From an uncultured Acidobacteriota bacterium (GTDB lineage: Bacteria > Acidobacteriota > Terriglobia > Terriglobales > Acidobacteriaceae), in assembly GCA_963696705.1 (NCBI GenBank), contig CAVOLD010000012.1:78645-110644 (forward strand): 32,000 nt of DNA, given 5' to 3'. The translations under genes were made by a program, and so were the position numbers. Each line of letters opens with the position of its first letter. Within the stretch, counting starts at the first letter, position 1. Positions 15,196 to 24,208 of the stretch are shown piece by piece. The notes under the pieces were generated by a model that was given only the letters and a program-made list of their open reading frames with translations, made no database searches and was not told the DNA's origin.

Positions 15196-15298
15196 GTAAA
15201 TCCAGGACAGGCCACTAGCCGTGTTTATCTCTCCTTGCGGTGATGGCTCATGGTATGTTAGCTTTCGCGGATTCAGAACATTACTGGGAAGGAAGCGT

Positions 15299-15946
15299 GT
15301 GCGCGCGGAAATTCTCAAGATAAACAGCGAGAAGCCGGAGACGTCGTTGATCCGGTATGCGGCCGATCAGATTCGTGCCGGCGAAGTGCTGGGCATGCCA
15401 ACGGACACGTTTTACGGCCTGGCCGCGGATCCTTTTAACCTGCGCGCGGTCGATCGGGTGTATGAAATCAAGTCACGCTCGCGGCACAAGCCGCTGTCGC
15501 TCTTGATCGAAAGTGAGGAGCAGGCCGAGGAGTTGGCTCGTCCGCTGCCCGATGAGTTCTACAAACTGGCGCGGCGTTTCTGGCCCGGCCCGTTGACCAT
15601 CATCGTCAAAGCCGCGTCGCGACTGCCTTTGAAGGTGACGGCCAACACCGGCAACGTGGCGCTGCGAATACCTAGCGCCAAGATTCCTCTTGCCGTAGTA
15701 CAGGCGGCGAAAATCCCGATAACAGCGACCTCGGCGAATCTGAGCGGGGAATCGGAGTGTACGACGGCGGAAGCGGTGAGAGATCAACTGCAGGAGCGCA
15801 TCTCCATCATCGTGGATGGCGGGACCTCGCCGCGCGAAACGGCTTCTACCATTGTGGACCTCACCGATGAGGAAGCCCGCTGGCGCATCATGCGCGAAGG
15901 TGCGATTTCTGCTCAGGACATTTCCGAGTTCTTCGCACAAGGATGA
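15299..15946 (+). CDS. tsaC: L-threonylcarbamoyladenylate synthase (Sua5/YrdC/YwlC family, t6A biosynthesis)
   Basis: 'GEVLGMPTDTFYGLAADPFN..AV.RVYEIKSRSRHKPLSLLI', 'FWPGPLTII', 'NTGNVALRIP', 'PITATSANLSGE'. I chose the GTG at 15299, preceded by GGAAGGAAG, over the upstream GTG at 15221. The start is uncertain. Confidence 0.88.
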   Translation: MRAEILKINSEKPETSLIRYAADQIRAGEVLGMPTDTFYGLAADPFNLRAVDRVYEIKSRSRHKPLSLLIESEEQAEELARPLPDEFYKLARRFWPGPLTIIVKAASRLPLKVTANTGNVALRIPSAKIPLAVVQAAKIPITATSANLSGESECTTAEAVRDQLQERISIIVDGGTSPRETASTIVDLTDEEARWRIMREGAISAQDISEFFAQG

Positions 15947-16560
15947 GCGACGCGGCTGCGAAACGGCCTTTGCGACGCCATGGGCTGCTGTGGCTTGGGG
16001 CGTTCGCTGCGCCTTTCCTCATCTGGCTAGCCGCAATTTGTGTGGGAATCGTGCGCGAGTCCTCGCGACAAGAAATTCATCCCGCTGACGCTCTTGTAGT
16101 GTTCGGAGCGGCCGAGTATTCCGGTCGCCCGTCTCCCGTATACCGCGCCCGCCTCGATCATGCTTTTGACCTGTTTGAAAAAGGAGTCGCTCCGGTGGTG
16201 ATCACGACCGGCGGCGCGGCGGCTGATCCCAGTTTCAGCGAGGGTGGGGTGGGCCACGATTACCTGATGCATCGTGGGATCCCTGACGCCAGCCTCATTG
16301 AGGAGACCCAGGGATCGGACACGGCGCAATCCGCGGAGCGGATTGGCGTGATCATGCGAACTAATCACATGCACAGTTGCGTGGCGGTGAGTGATGCGTA
16401 CCATGTTTTCCGAATTCGCAAGCTGCTCGAGCACGAGGGAATGCAGGTGTATGTTTCACCGCGTCCCGACTCGCGTCCGCATTCGCTGTGGCAGCGCGGG
16501 GAAGCGGTGCTGCGCGAGGCGATTAGTTATATCGTGTGGCGGCTGCATGCGCAGGTTTAA
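15943..16560 (+). CDS. DUF218 (YdcF/ElyC-like) domain protein with N-terminal TM anchor
   Basis: 'DALVVFGAAEYSGRPSPVYRARLDHAFDLFEKGVAPVVITTGG', 'GSDTAQSAE', 'VSDAYHVFR' fit the DUF218 pattern. ATGA overlap with tsaC. Confidence 0.85.
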   Translation: MSDAAAKRPLRRHGLLWLGAFAAPFLIWLAAICVGIVRESSRQEIHPADALVVFGAAEYSGRPSPVYRARLDHAFDLFEKGVAPVVITTGGAAADPSFSEGGVGHDYLMHRGIPDASLIEETQGSDTAQSAERIGVIMRTNHMHSCVAVSDAYHVFRIRKLLEHEGMQVYVSPRPDSRPHSLWQRGEAVLREAISYIVWRLHAQV

Positions 16561-16669
16561 GACTGAAAATGTCATGCCAACGTTTTGGCTGCGCCAACTT
16601 TCGCGAGGTCCATTGCGTGAGAAGTAGTCGCTTCGCCAAGGATGACAAAATCACGGGGAAGTTGAAACC

Positions 16670-17194
16670 TTACCAACCCATCCTCTTTCTCAACTCCGTA
16701 ATGTGGGCTACGTGATGCTTGCCGTGCCAGGCGTAGAGCGCGAGACTCTTGTCCAATGAGACGATCCCCAATTCAGGATGGCGGAAGGTTCGTTTCCAGT
16801 TAGCCGGTTGCAAGGAGCGCAACAGGCGAACCCATCGGTCATGTAGTGATTCGAGCATCGAGAGAGAGATTTCCAGCGGCGTCGAGTGTACCTCCGCCGT
16901 ATCGGCCCAGCGATCTTCCAGGTAGGGTTTGATGGAGGGCTCGTCTTCAGTGAGCGCAAGCTTGAAGCGTACGTAGGCGTTCATATGGCTCTCAGGAACG
17001 TGATGGACAACCTGACGAACCGTCCAGCCTCCGTCGCGATAAGGAGTTTCGATTTGTTCTGGCGTCAGGTTTTTGACGGCGTTGCGCAACGCTGCAGGAG
17101 CTCGTTCGATATCGTCGATGAATTTGGTTCGTTGGGTTTCACTGGCGGGACCGTCGAAAGTAAATTTTCCAATGGGATAACGTGGGTCGGTCAT
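16670..17194 (-). CDS. DinB/YfiT-family putative metal-dependent hydrolase/thiol transferase
   Basis: 'YPIGKF......E....I..IE..PA.LR.AV..L...Q..TPYR.GGWTVRQVVHHV.ESHMNAY.RFKLALTE..P.IKPY.E..WA', 'YAWHGKHHVAHI'. Internal ATG at 17194 chosen (typical YfiT N-terminus). Confidence 0.88.
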   Translation of the reverse strand: MTDPRYPIGKFTFDGPASETQRTKFIDDIERAPAALRNAVKNLTPEQIETPYRDGGWTVRQVVHHVPESHMNAYVRFKLALTEDEPSIKPYLEDRWADTAEVHSTPLEISLSMLESLHDRWVRLLRSLQPANWKRTFRHPELGIVSLDKSLALYAWHGKHHVAHITELRKRMGW

Positions 17195-17429
17195 GTTGGC
17201 CTCAACCGTGGATTGCGTACAGGATTCAGATGAAGATGGTTGGAGGCAGGCTCCAAAGATTCTGGGCAAGGCTCTATGAATGCGTGGTTGGCTGGGATCT
17301 TGAACCCTGTGTTTGAAGTTCGCGGCATAAGGCTAAAGGCTGGATTCGGCAGTAGCACCGGCGAACAGCAGGTCTCTCCGCTGCGCTCGCGCTGCTTCGC
17401 TTCGGTCGGGATGACAATGTTTTATATGT

Positions 17430-18161
17430 TCAGCGGACCAGCGCCAGGATTCGCACCGGGCCGTCGGATCCGCTTTCGAGTTTGGTTGGGGCGACTACGA
17501 CCGTGCCGCCGGCGGCCGGCGCGCGATCCAGATTGGCGACGTTTTCCAGTTGGTAGACACTGTGCGCCAGGGTGTACTGGCGCACTGGGAAGTCTTTCGA
17601 TGGGCCGTAATCGATGCTCAAGGTGTCAATGCCGAGGCCCAACGCATTGCGTCCTTCAATCAGAAATTTCACCGCATCTTGGGAATATCCGGGGAAGTGC
17701 ATCGTGCCTTTGAGGTCGGCATTGCGATAGTCTTTGAGCGACTCCCAACGCGAATCCCATCCAGTGCGCGCCATTACTACCGAGCCTAGCGGAATCTGGC
17801 TATGAGTTTGCTCCCACTTAGCAATGTCTTCGACCGAAATCTGGTAATCCGGATGGTTGGCGGTGTTGGCGCGCACATCCAGCACAACCAAGGGCGCTAT
17901 CAAGCGCTCCGTGGGGATCTGATCCACGGTCCAGAGGCCACGCGCAAAATGCGCGGGAGCGTCTATGCGAGTGCCGAGGAGCTCGGGAGACACAGCGGAT
18001 TTTCCCGTAGGTTCGTAAGCCAAGGCGTGAGCATCCATCGCATGAGTCAAATCGACGACAGCGTGAAATTCAGTCGGGGAAGATGCGTCGGGATGGCGTT
18101 TGGCAAACAGGAAAAGCGCGAGTGCCAGCACATACCCTATGATCAGCGTGCGAATTTTCAT
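17430..18161 (-). CDS. Secreted cyclase-family protein (kynurenine formamidase-like, PF04199-type)
   Basis: Signal peptide 'MKIRTLIIGYVLALALFLFA'. 'VVDLTHAM', 'GTRIDAPAHF', 'MHFPGYSQDAVKFLIEGRN..GLGIDTLSIDYG', 'VRQYTLA....QLENVANL' fit the putative cyclase fold. Confidence 0.8.
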   Translation of the reverse strand: MKIRTLIIGYVLALALFLFAKRHPDASSPTEFHAVVDLTHAMDAHALAYEPTGKSAVSPELLGTRIDAPAHFARGLWTVDQIPTERLIAPLVVLDVRANTANHPDYQISVEDIAKWEQTHSQIPLGSVVMARTGWDSRWESLKDYRNADLKGTMHFPGYSQDAVKFLIEGRNALGLGIDTLSIDYGPSKDFPVRQYTLAHSVYQLENVANLDRAPAAGGTVVVAPTKLESGSDGPVRILALVR

Positions 18162-18311
18162 CGGTTATCGACTTCTGTTCCTGGCAAAACGTCTCGAAAT
18201 CCTGCTCAGTACGTTAGATGTCCGGACCTTTTCTATAGGTTCTCCTTAGATTCTCCATAGCATGACGGTAAGCTTCAAGGAACTGCGGGACATGAACTAG
18301 TGGGGCGCCGA

Positions 18312-18331
18312 AAACGTTGCACGCAACGTTT
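18312..18331 (-). terminator. Possible hairpin terminator downstream of the DUF92 gene
   Basis: 'aaacgttgc-ac-gcaacgttt', perfect 9-nt inverted arms. On the - strand the 3' arm runs into UUUU. It lies about 30 nt after the stop at 18363. Confidence 0.3.
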
Positions 18332-18362
18332 CTACGGAGGATTCATGCACGTTTCTGGAGAA

Positions 18363-19109
18363 TCATGCGAGCAGGAATGCGGCGCTCGCGGCGACGAGCG
18401 TACCGAGAAAGTTAACCGCATCATTGTTCAAAAGCTTTCGCCGTTCCAGTAACGCGCCCAAGTAGCTGTCCGCAATCACGCCAGCTAATGCAGCAACTAT
18501 TGAAATGCCCAGCCATCTGAAAGGCACGAGCCCGGTTAGAACGCAGACCCAGCTCACAACGGCGGCGGCGGTAATTCCGGCCAGGGTTCCAGCCCAACTC
18601 ACTCCTCCGTCGGTGCCCGCAGCAACTTCTTCCCAGGTTGTGATCAGGCGCGCTTTTGCGCTTCTTGCTTGGCCCAGTTCGCTCGAAACTGTGTCCGCGG
18701 CAGCCTCGGAGAGCGCGGCGGAAACGGCGAGAAGGAAGGCAGCTCTTTCACCGGTGAGCGCTGACAATCCCGCACAACTCGCGGCGACCACGAGGTTGGC
18801 TAGAACTTGCAAGGCGGTTCTGCCATCCCGTTTTTCGGCGGTTCCCAGCTTCTCTTTGCGGCGATAACCGAAGCGGGTGGAGATCCAGGTCAGCGCGAAA
18901 ACCGACACCAACGCCACAAATGCGCCGGCTCCGGCGCCGACGTACAACAGAAAGCACACTACGGCTCCCGCCATGGCGCCGGAAAGGGTTACTCCTCGCA
19001 GCCAGCGGGCCAGGGTAGTGAATACCACGGTGACGATCGTGGCCGTCCACAACGGACGCACTGCGGCGAGTTCCGCAAGACTTTCTACGCTTCGGGTCAG
19101 GTCAGCCAC
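18363..19109 (-). CDS. DUF92 (TMEM19-like) integral membrane protein
   Basis: Polytopic membrane protein. 'GAMAGAVVCFLLY', 'EKRDGRTALQVLANLVVA', 'AAADTVSSELG', 'GTDGGVSWAGTLAG' resemble the DUF92 family. GTG start. Confidence 0.7.
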   Translation of the reverse strand: MADLTRSVESLAELAAVRPLWTATIVTVVFTTLARWLRGVTLSGAMAGAVVCFLLYVGAGAGAFVALVSVFALTWISTRFGYRRKEKLGTAEKRDGRTALQVLANLVVAASCAGLSALTGERAAFLLAVSAALSEAAADTVSSELGQARSAKARLITTWEEVAAGTDGGVSWAGTLAGITAAAVVSWVCVLTGLVPFRWLGISIVAALAGVIADSYLGALLERRKLLNNDAVNFLGTLVAASAAFLLA

Positions 19110-19358
19110 TGGGAAGATTGTCGCTCCAATTGGCTTGTTAGAGTGCAGGTGCCAAGCCCGTTAATACCATCTATAGGGTTGCGTCCGGTGCAGCCCCAGT
19201 GTATCGTGCTTTGACTCTGGGTTACCTGCACCAGCTTTGTGCATCAAACGGTTGGTTGTAGTTTAAACTCACGAGCGCAAGCTTGCGGAGTTGGCGTGGC
19301 TGGTAATGCAGCACGGGCGTGGACGCCAGCGCCTACACTTCCAAATACAGGGTGAACT

Positions 19359-20195
19359 ATGGCGGCTTCGGTTTGGTCTGGGTATCTAACCTTCGGTTTG
19401 ATTTCGATGCCGGTAAAGTTGTTCTCTGGCGCGCGCAGTTCGGGCATCTCTTTCAACATGCTGCACCGCGACGACCTCTCGCGCCTGAAGCAGCAATATG
19501 TCTGTCTCGCCGACGGCAAGGTCGTCGAACGCAGCGACATCGTGAAGGGCTACGAGTTCCGCAAGGATGAGTATGTGGTGATCGAGCCCGAGGAGATCAA
19601 GAAGATCGAGCCCAAAACCGCGAAGACCATGGAGATTCTGGAATTCGTGAAAACCAGCGAGGTCGATCCGGTTTACTTTGAGTCGTCCTATTACATGATT
19701 CCAGACGAGGCCGGTCGGCGGCCCTATGCGCTGCTTACCAAGGCGATGGAGGAGTCCGAGTATGTTGCCATCGCAAAGCTCACCATGCACAATCGCGAGT
19801 ACACAGTTTTTCTGCGTCCGCACGAAGGCGGAATGATGTTGCATACGATGTATTACAAGGAAGAAGTTCGGGAAGTAGAAGGATTCGGTGCGCCCGACGT
19901 TGAACTCAAGGACGCGGAAGTGAAGGTCGCGCACCAGTTAATTGAGGCGCTGGCGGATGAGTGGGATCCGGAGAAATATCACGACACCTTTCAGGATAAT
20001 CTTAAGAATCTGATCCAAACTAAACTCGAAGGCGGCAAGATTGCAGAAGTAGAGAAGCCGAAGAAGCTCGCCCCGGTTGTCGACTTGATGTCGGCGCTCA
20101 AGGCGAGCCTGGCGGAGATGGAAGGGAAGAAGAAGCCAGCGGCTCACGCCGGGGAAGCTGCGGCTTCACGAAAGAAATCGGGCGGAAGGTCGTGA
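19359..20195 (+). CDS. ku: Ku protein (bacterial non-homologous end joining)
   Basis: 'VWSGYLTFGLISMPVKLFSGA', 'FNMLH..D..R.KQQYVC', 'IVKGYEF.KDEYVVIEPEEIK', 'MEILEFV...EVDPVYFESSYYM.PDE', basic Lys-rich C-terminal tail. Confidence 0.93.
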   Translation: MAASVWSGYLTFGLISMPVKLFSGARSSGISFNMLHRDDLSRLKQQYVCLADGKVVERSDIVKGYEFRKDEYVVIEPEEIKKIEPKTAKTMEILEFVKTSEVDPVYFESSYYMIPDEAGRRPYALLTKAMEESEYVAIAKLTMHNREYTVFLRPHEGGMMLHTMYYKEEVREVEGFGAPDVELKDAEVKVAHQLIEALADEWDPEKYHDTFQDNLKNLIQTKLEGGKIAEVEKPKKLAPVVDLMSALKASLAEMEGKKKPAAHAGEAAASRKKSGGRS

Positions 20196-20271
20196 ACCTA
20201 ATCCGCCCGAACATAACGTTTTATTTGCCGCGTCGATCTGTGGTTAGAGTTTAAAGATCTGCGGTTTGAGT

Positions 20272-21555
20272 CTACGGTTTCAGTTTGAAGACGACGCCGC
20301 AGCCGCTAGGGAAGCACAACCCATTCCCACCTGTGTAGCCACCGCTGATCGTAGTGCCATACAAGTTCCCTGCCTTGTCCTGAACCAGGCCCGCGAATGG
20401 CTCGTCACCGTCCGTCTGACCTTTGAAGCTGTAGAGAACGGTTTCCTTGCCGGTTTTGGAAAGTTTGTACACCGTTCCACACCCTCCGGGGAGGCAGTTC
20501 GCACCGCCGGCAGCCGTTGTGCCATAGAGGTTGCCCTTGGAGTCCAAGACCAGATTCCCATAGGGCAGGAACCCGTCGCGCAGCGAGAACTTGTGCAGTA
20601 CGGTCTCCTTACCAGTTGTGTCGATCTTGTAGATGGTTCCGCACCCGGATGGCGGGCAAGCCACAGTATTGCCGCCCTCCCACGTAATGCCGTACAGGTT
20701 CCCGGCTTTATCGATGACGACAGGTCCGTTGGGTTCGTTTCCATCCGAGCCGCCCTTGAAGGCATAGACGATGGAGACTTTACCCGCTGTGTCGACCTTG
20801 AAAACGGCCCCACAGCCGATGCCGCCGCAGCCGGTCCCTCCGCCAATGCCGACTACGCCATACTCGTTGCCGGCAGCGTCTCGCACCAGGTATCCGGCTT
20901 CCCAGTATCCTGGCTCGTTGAAACGCGTGGTTATCGTTTCCTTGCCGGCGGAGTTGAGCTTGAAAATAATTCCACATCCGTAGCCGCATCCGCTCCCCGG
21001 GCCTTCGATTGTGGTTCCGTACAGGTTGCCTTCGGAATCGAGCACCACGCCGTCGGGAGCTATGCCGTCCTTGGGGGTCTTGGGAAAGTAGTGAAGGATG
21101 GTTTCTTTGCCGGCCGGGTCGAGCTTGTACACAACACCAAGCGAACCCGCACCTTTACCGCCGTTGAGCGTCGTGCCGTACAGGTTTCCAACCTGATCGC
21201 GGACCACACCCGACGACGGGGCTGACCCGTCGTTGCCGCCCACGAAGGTGTGCAGAGTAGTCTCGTTGCCCTTGGGGTCTATCTTAAAAACATCTCCGCA
21301 GTAAGAAGTGCAGCCCGCCTGGGCGTTTTCGCCAGTCGTTCCATAGAGATTGCCCGCCTTGTCTAGAATTAGCCCCGCCGAGGGATAGGCTCCGTCCGTT
21401 CCGCCCGTGAAGCTGTAGAGGACGCTGTAGGTTTGCGCTTGCGCCGGTTGGATCAGAGCGATCGATAGTAGGAATACGAGGGCCAATGCCAACGTGACAA
21501 TTACTCCGCGCGAGTTCAGTCGCAACGTCCTGTCTTGATAATTTCTCATGCTCAT
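20272..21555 (-). CDS. Secreted GloVer (Gloeo_Verruco) tandem-repeat protein, about 8 repeats, probable beta-propeller
   Basis: Repeats of about 48 aa of the type 'G..P.aGLv.D.aGNLYGTT..GG...Cg.GCGtvFKl...GketvLhsF.G..DG'. Signal peptide 'VTLALALVFLLSIALIQPAQAQ'. AGGAGG lies 8 nt upstream of the ATG at 21555. Confidence 0.85.
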   Translation of the reverse strand: MSMRNYQDRTLRLNSRGVIVTLALALVFLLSIALIQPAQAQTYSVLYSFTGGTDGAYPSAGLILDKAGNLYGTTGENAQAGCTSYCGDVFKIDPKGNETTLHTFVGGNDGSAPSSGVVRDQVGNLYGTTLNGGKGAGSLGVVYKLDPAGKETILHYFPKTPKDGIAPDGVVLDSEGNLYGTTIEGPGSGCGYGCGIIFKLNSAGKETITTRFNEPGYWEAGYLVRDAAGNEYGVVGIGGGTGCGGIGCGAVFKVDTAGKVSIVYAFKGGSDGNEPNGPVVIDKAGNLYGITWEGGNTVACPPSGCGTIYKIDTTGKETVLHKFSLRDGFLPYGNLVLDSKGNLYGTTAAGGANCLPGGCGTVYKLSKTGKETVLYSFKGQTDGDEPFAGLVQDKAGNLYGTTISGGYTGGNGLCFPSGCGVVFKLKP

Positions 21556-21904
21556 CCGATTCGCCTCCTGGGCGAAGGCACGGTAACATGTCTTTCTCGT
21601 CAGCAATGTAAAAAGAATGTCAAATCATGGGAGGGGGACTTCCCGCTCGGGATAAGGATTTCGGGAGGTACGGGCGGGTTCCGGTCGGTTGGAAGGTTGA
21701 TCTGGATCAGTGGGCAAGCTGGAGCGATTCGACGCAAGCGTCCAACCCTATGCCAGTGAGCCCGCATCACTTGAGAAATTGAGAGGTAGGAACCGACAAA
21801 CGAGTTTGTGTATCAGCTTCTCTGGCGCGGAACGCGGCCAGCCGTTAGAATAGAGAACTCTTCCAGGATTCTATGCAGAAATGGATTTTGTGGCTGAGGT
21901 GTCG

Positions 21905-23155
21905 ATGACCGGGGTGCGCACGGCGGCCGTTCTGGTGCTCATGTTGATTTGCATTAGTTGCGGGGAAACGTACCGTCCTGTGGCTACTCCGATTCCGCCG
22001 CTCCCGCCCAGCCCCGCTTTTTCTCATCTGGTCGTGGTGATCAGTGGCAACGGTTCCGCTCATCCGGGCGCGAGCACATCGATCGATGTTTCCGGCGACA
22101 CAGCCGTAGCTCAATCTGCCGTAGGCCTGATGCCGGTGCAGGCTGCATTGGTGCGAAATGGCGCGATCGTCTACGTTCCGAACAGCGGAGACGACACCGT
22201 TTCGGCGTTCTCGCCTGCCAGCGCTGTGCCGGTAACGACGATCAGTTTGCCTACGGGTTCGACGCCGACGTTCGCGGCCACAACCGAAGCCGCCACGGTT
22301 TACGTCGCCAACTCGGGGAGCAATACGGTTCTTGCAATCGATACCATCAGCAATGTGATCGAAGCGCCGCTGTCCGGCATTCCGGTCGGGATTGATCCCG
22401 TAGCCCTGGCGGAAACGCCGAACCAGCAATATCTCTACAGCGCGAATCAAGGCACTGGCGGCAGCGGCGGTTCCGTAACCAGCATTGACCCCGTCGACCG
22501 GACGGTCAGCCCAGCGATAGCGAACGCGACCTGGATTTCCCCGGTATCAGTCCTGGCGCGATCCGACAGCAATCGAGTTTACGTGCTGGATCAGGGGAGT
22601 GGGTTGGTTTCCGCGATCGATACCGGTGCCAACGCAGTGGTCAATAGCGTTTCGGTCGGTGTGGGAGCGAATTTTATGGCCTACGATCCCACGCGAAACC
22701 GGCTCTACGTAACGAACCCCGCCAAGAACACGGTGACTTATCTGGATGCATCGAGCGATGCACTTTCGGCGGTGGTGATTCCGGTGACGAATCCGGTCTC
22801 GGTGGCGGCTCTGATCGACGGTAGCCGCGCCTATGTATCGAGCGCCTTTGTCAATGGCGGAAATGTGACGTCTAGCGTCACGGTCATCAATGCTTTGAGC
22901 GGCAGCGTATCAAGCACGATTCCCATCACCACGGTGCCCAAGGTGTGCGCTTCGAACCCATCCGAATTGTCCATCGCGGCGTCTGCGGACAGTACGAGAG
23001 TTTATGTGGGGAATTGCGATGCGGGGAATGTAGCGATTATTCAGACGCTGAACGATAGGATGGTGTTGCAAATGCCGGCTCCGCTGAGCGCTGCGTTTTC
23101 ATCGAGCGGGACACCGCTTCCGCAGAATCCGGTGTTCGTTGTGGCTGGGCCGTAA
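21905..23155 (+). CDS. YVTN-family beta-propeller repeat protein, probable lipoprotein
   Basis: N-terminal 'AAVLVLMLICISCG' (signal peptide plus Cys). Seven repeats ending in 'VYVPNSGDDTVSAF', 'VYVANSGSNTVLAID', 'LYSANQG..GSVTSID', 'VYVLDQGSGLVSAID', 'LYVTNPAKNTVTYLD', 'AYVSS....VTVIN', 'VYVGNCDAGNVAII'. GAGG RBS before the ATG at 21905. Confidence 0.85.
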   Translation: MTGVRTAAVLVLMLICISCGETYRPVATPIPPLPPSPAFSHLVVVISGNGSAHPGASTSIDVSGDTAVAQSAVGLMPVQAALVRNGAIVYVPNSGDDTVSAFSPASAVPVTTISLPTGSTPTFAATTEAATVYVANSGSNTVLAIDTISNVIEAPLSGIPVGIDPVALAETPNQQYLYSANQGTGGSGGSVTSIDPVDRTVSPAIANATWISPVSVLARSDSNRVYVLDQGSGLVSAIDTGANAVVNSVSVGVGANFMAYDPTRNRLYVTNPAKNTVTYLDASSDALSAVVIPVTNPVSVAALIDGSRAYVSSAFVNGGNVTSSVTVINALSGSVSSTIPITTVPKVCASNPSELSIAASADSTRVYVGNCDAGNVAIIQTLNDRMVLQMPAPLSAAFSSSGTPLPQNPVFVVAGP

Positions 23156-23208
23156 GGCCGACTCTGAACGTCATTTTCTTTCAATACTCCAAATCCAACT
23201 CTTTGCTG

Positions 23209-23709
23209 CTACTGTCCCACTGCGGCTGCCCGTTCAGGCTGCCGAGTGGCATTGTGTCGCAAGGCGATGTTCAGGAATACGTTTCCGACGGGAGTCTCGA
23301 AGCAGATAACCAGTGCCTCGGTGTCTTCGCTGCTTTTCGGTCCGTGGTCGGAAGTGTGGAGCACCGGAGGGTGCACGCGAAAATGGAATCCCTGATCGTT
23401 CAGCGATGTGACCGCGTTGCCAATCACCTGATTGGCTAATTCGCAGACGGTTTCGCGTACCAGGTCGTCCGACTCCGGCAACTCCGCTCCAGCGAACTTG
23501 CTGGCTACGCGCAGGGCGGTGGCCGGATCGAGATCGATGACGATGCGTCCTTCGATGTCGCCGGTAACCCAAATCAGCGCCGCGACGCCTTTGCGACGGT
23601 AAGCCTCTTCGTCCATGCTGAGATTGCCGACGGACGTAGGACATTGCAGTCCCTGCGCCAACACGGCATCAGCCGCGTTGATGAAAGGCTGAATCAACTC
23701 CATCTTCAT
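23209..23709 (-). CDS. cheX: CheX-like chemotaxis phosphatase (CheC/CheX family)
   Basis: 'ELIQPFINAADAVL......VGNLSM........GVAALIWVTGDIEGRIVIDLD...A..VASKFAG......DDLVRETVCELANQVIGNAV' fits CheX. The start at 23709 sits 1 nt after the cheY stop. Confidence 0.75.
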   Translation of the reverse strand: MKMELIQPFINAADAVLAQGLQCPTSVGNLSMDEEAYRRKGVAALIWVTGDIEGRIVIDLDPATALRVASKFAGAELPESDDLVRETVCELANQVIGNAVTSLNDQGFHFRVHPPVLHTSDHGPKSSEDTEALVICFETPVGNVFLNIALRHNATRQPERAAAVGQ

Positions 23710-23710
23710 T

Positions 23711-24151
23711 TCAGGCCCCCGCGCCTGCAGCTTGAGCCGCAGTGCCATCCTCACCCATAACGTACTTGATCACTTCGTACAGGACTTCCGCCTTGACCGG
23801 CTTCTGCACAAAATGACGCGCGCCCCGTTGCAACGCCGCCACGATGTTCTCCTGATATCCGACGGAGGACACCATGACAATGCGCGCTTCCGGATGTTGC
23901 TGCACAATCTTCTCGGCAGCTTCGATGCCCTCCATTTGGGGCATGGTTATGTCCATGAGCACGATGTCGGGCTTAAGGCGTTCATATTCGGTTATGGCGG
24001 TTACGCCGTCTCCGGCTTCGCCTGCTACCTGCCCGCCGAATGTTTCGATCATCCGGGCCAGGTTCTTGCGCGCGAAGACGGAATCGTCCACTACCAGGTA
24101 GCGGACTGGCTGACCGTCCTTGCTGCGTTTCACTGCGACAAACTGCTCCAT
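23711..24151 (-). CDS. cheY: CheY-like single-domain response regulator
   Basis: 'RYLVVDDSVFARKNL', 'PDIVLMDITMPQMEGIEA', 'IVMVSSVG', 'FVQKPV' are receiver domain motifs. GGGAGG lies 6 nt upstream of the ATG at 24151. Confidence 0.88.
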   Translation of the reverse strand: MEQFVAVKRSKDGQPVRYLVVDDSVFARKNLARMIETFGGQVAGEAGDGVTAITEYERLKPDIVLMDITMPQMEGIEAAEKIVQQHPEARIVMVSSVGYQENIVAALQRGARHFVQKPVKAEVLYEVIKYVMGEDGTAAQAAGAGA

Positions 24152-24208
24152 ATACAACCTCCCGCCGTTTTCAAGTTCCGGCATCCTGTTCTTGCCTGCC
24201 GGACAAAA

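Noticed and set aside
19142-19230. 8-bp inverted repeat gtgcaggt ... acctgcac in the ku/DUF92 divergent promoter region
   Set aside because: The arms are short and about 75 nt apart, so it is compatible with chance. No further support.
20266-21225. 319-aa ORF on the + strand
   Set aside because: It is antisense to the GloVer repeat gene. The - strand translation has a signal peptide, an RBS and a clear repeat architecture, while the + strand product is a repetitive Ala/Val/Gly-rich shadow of it.
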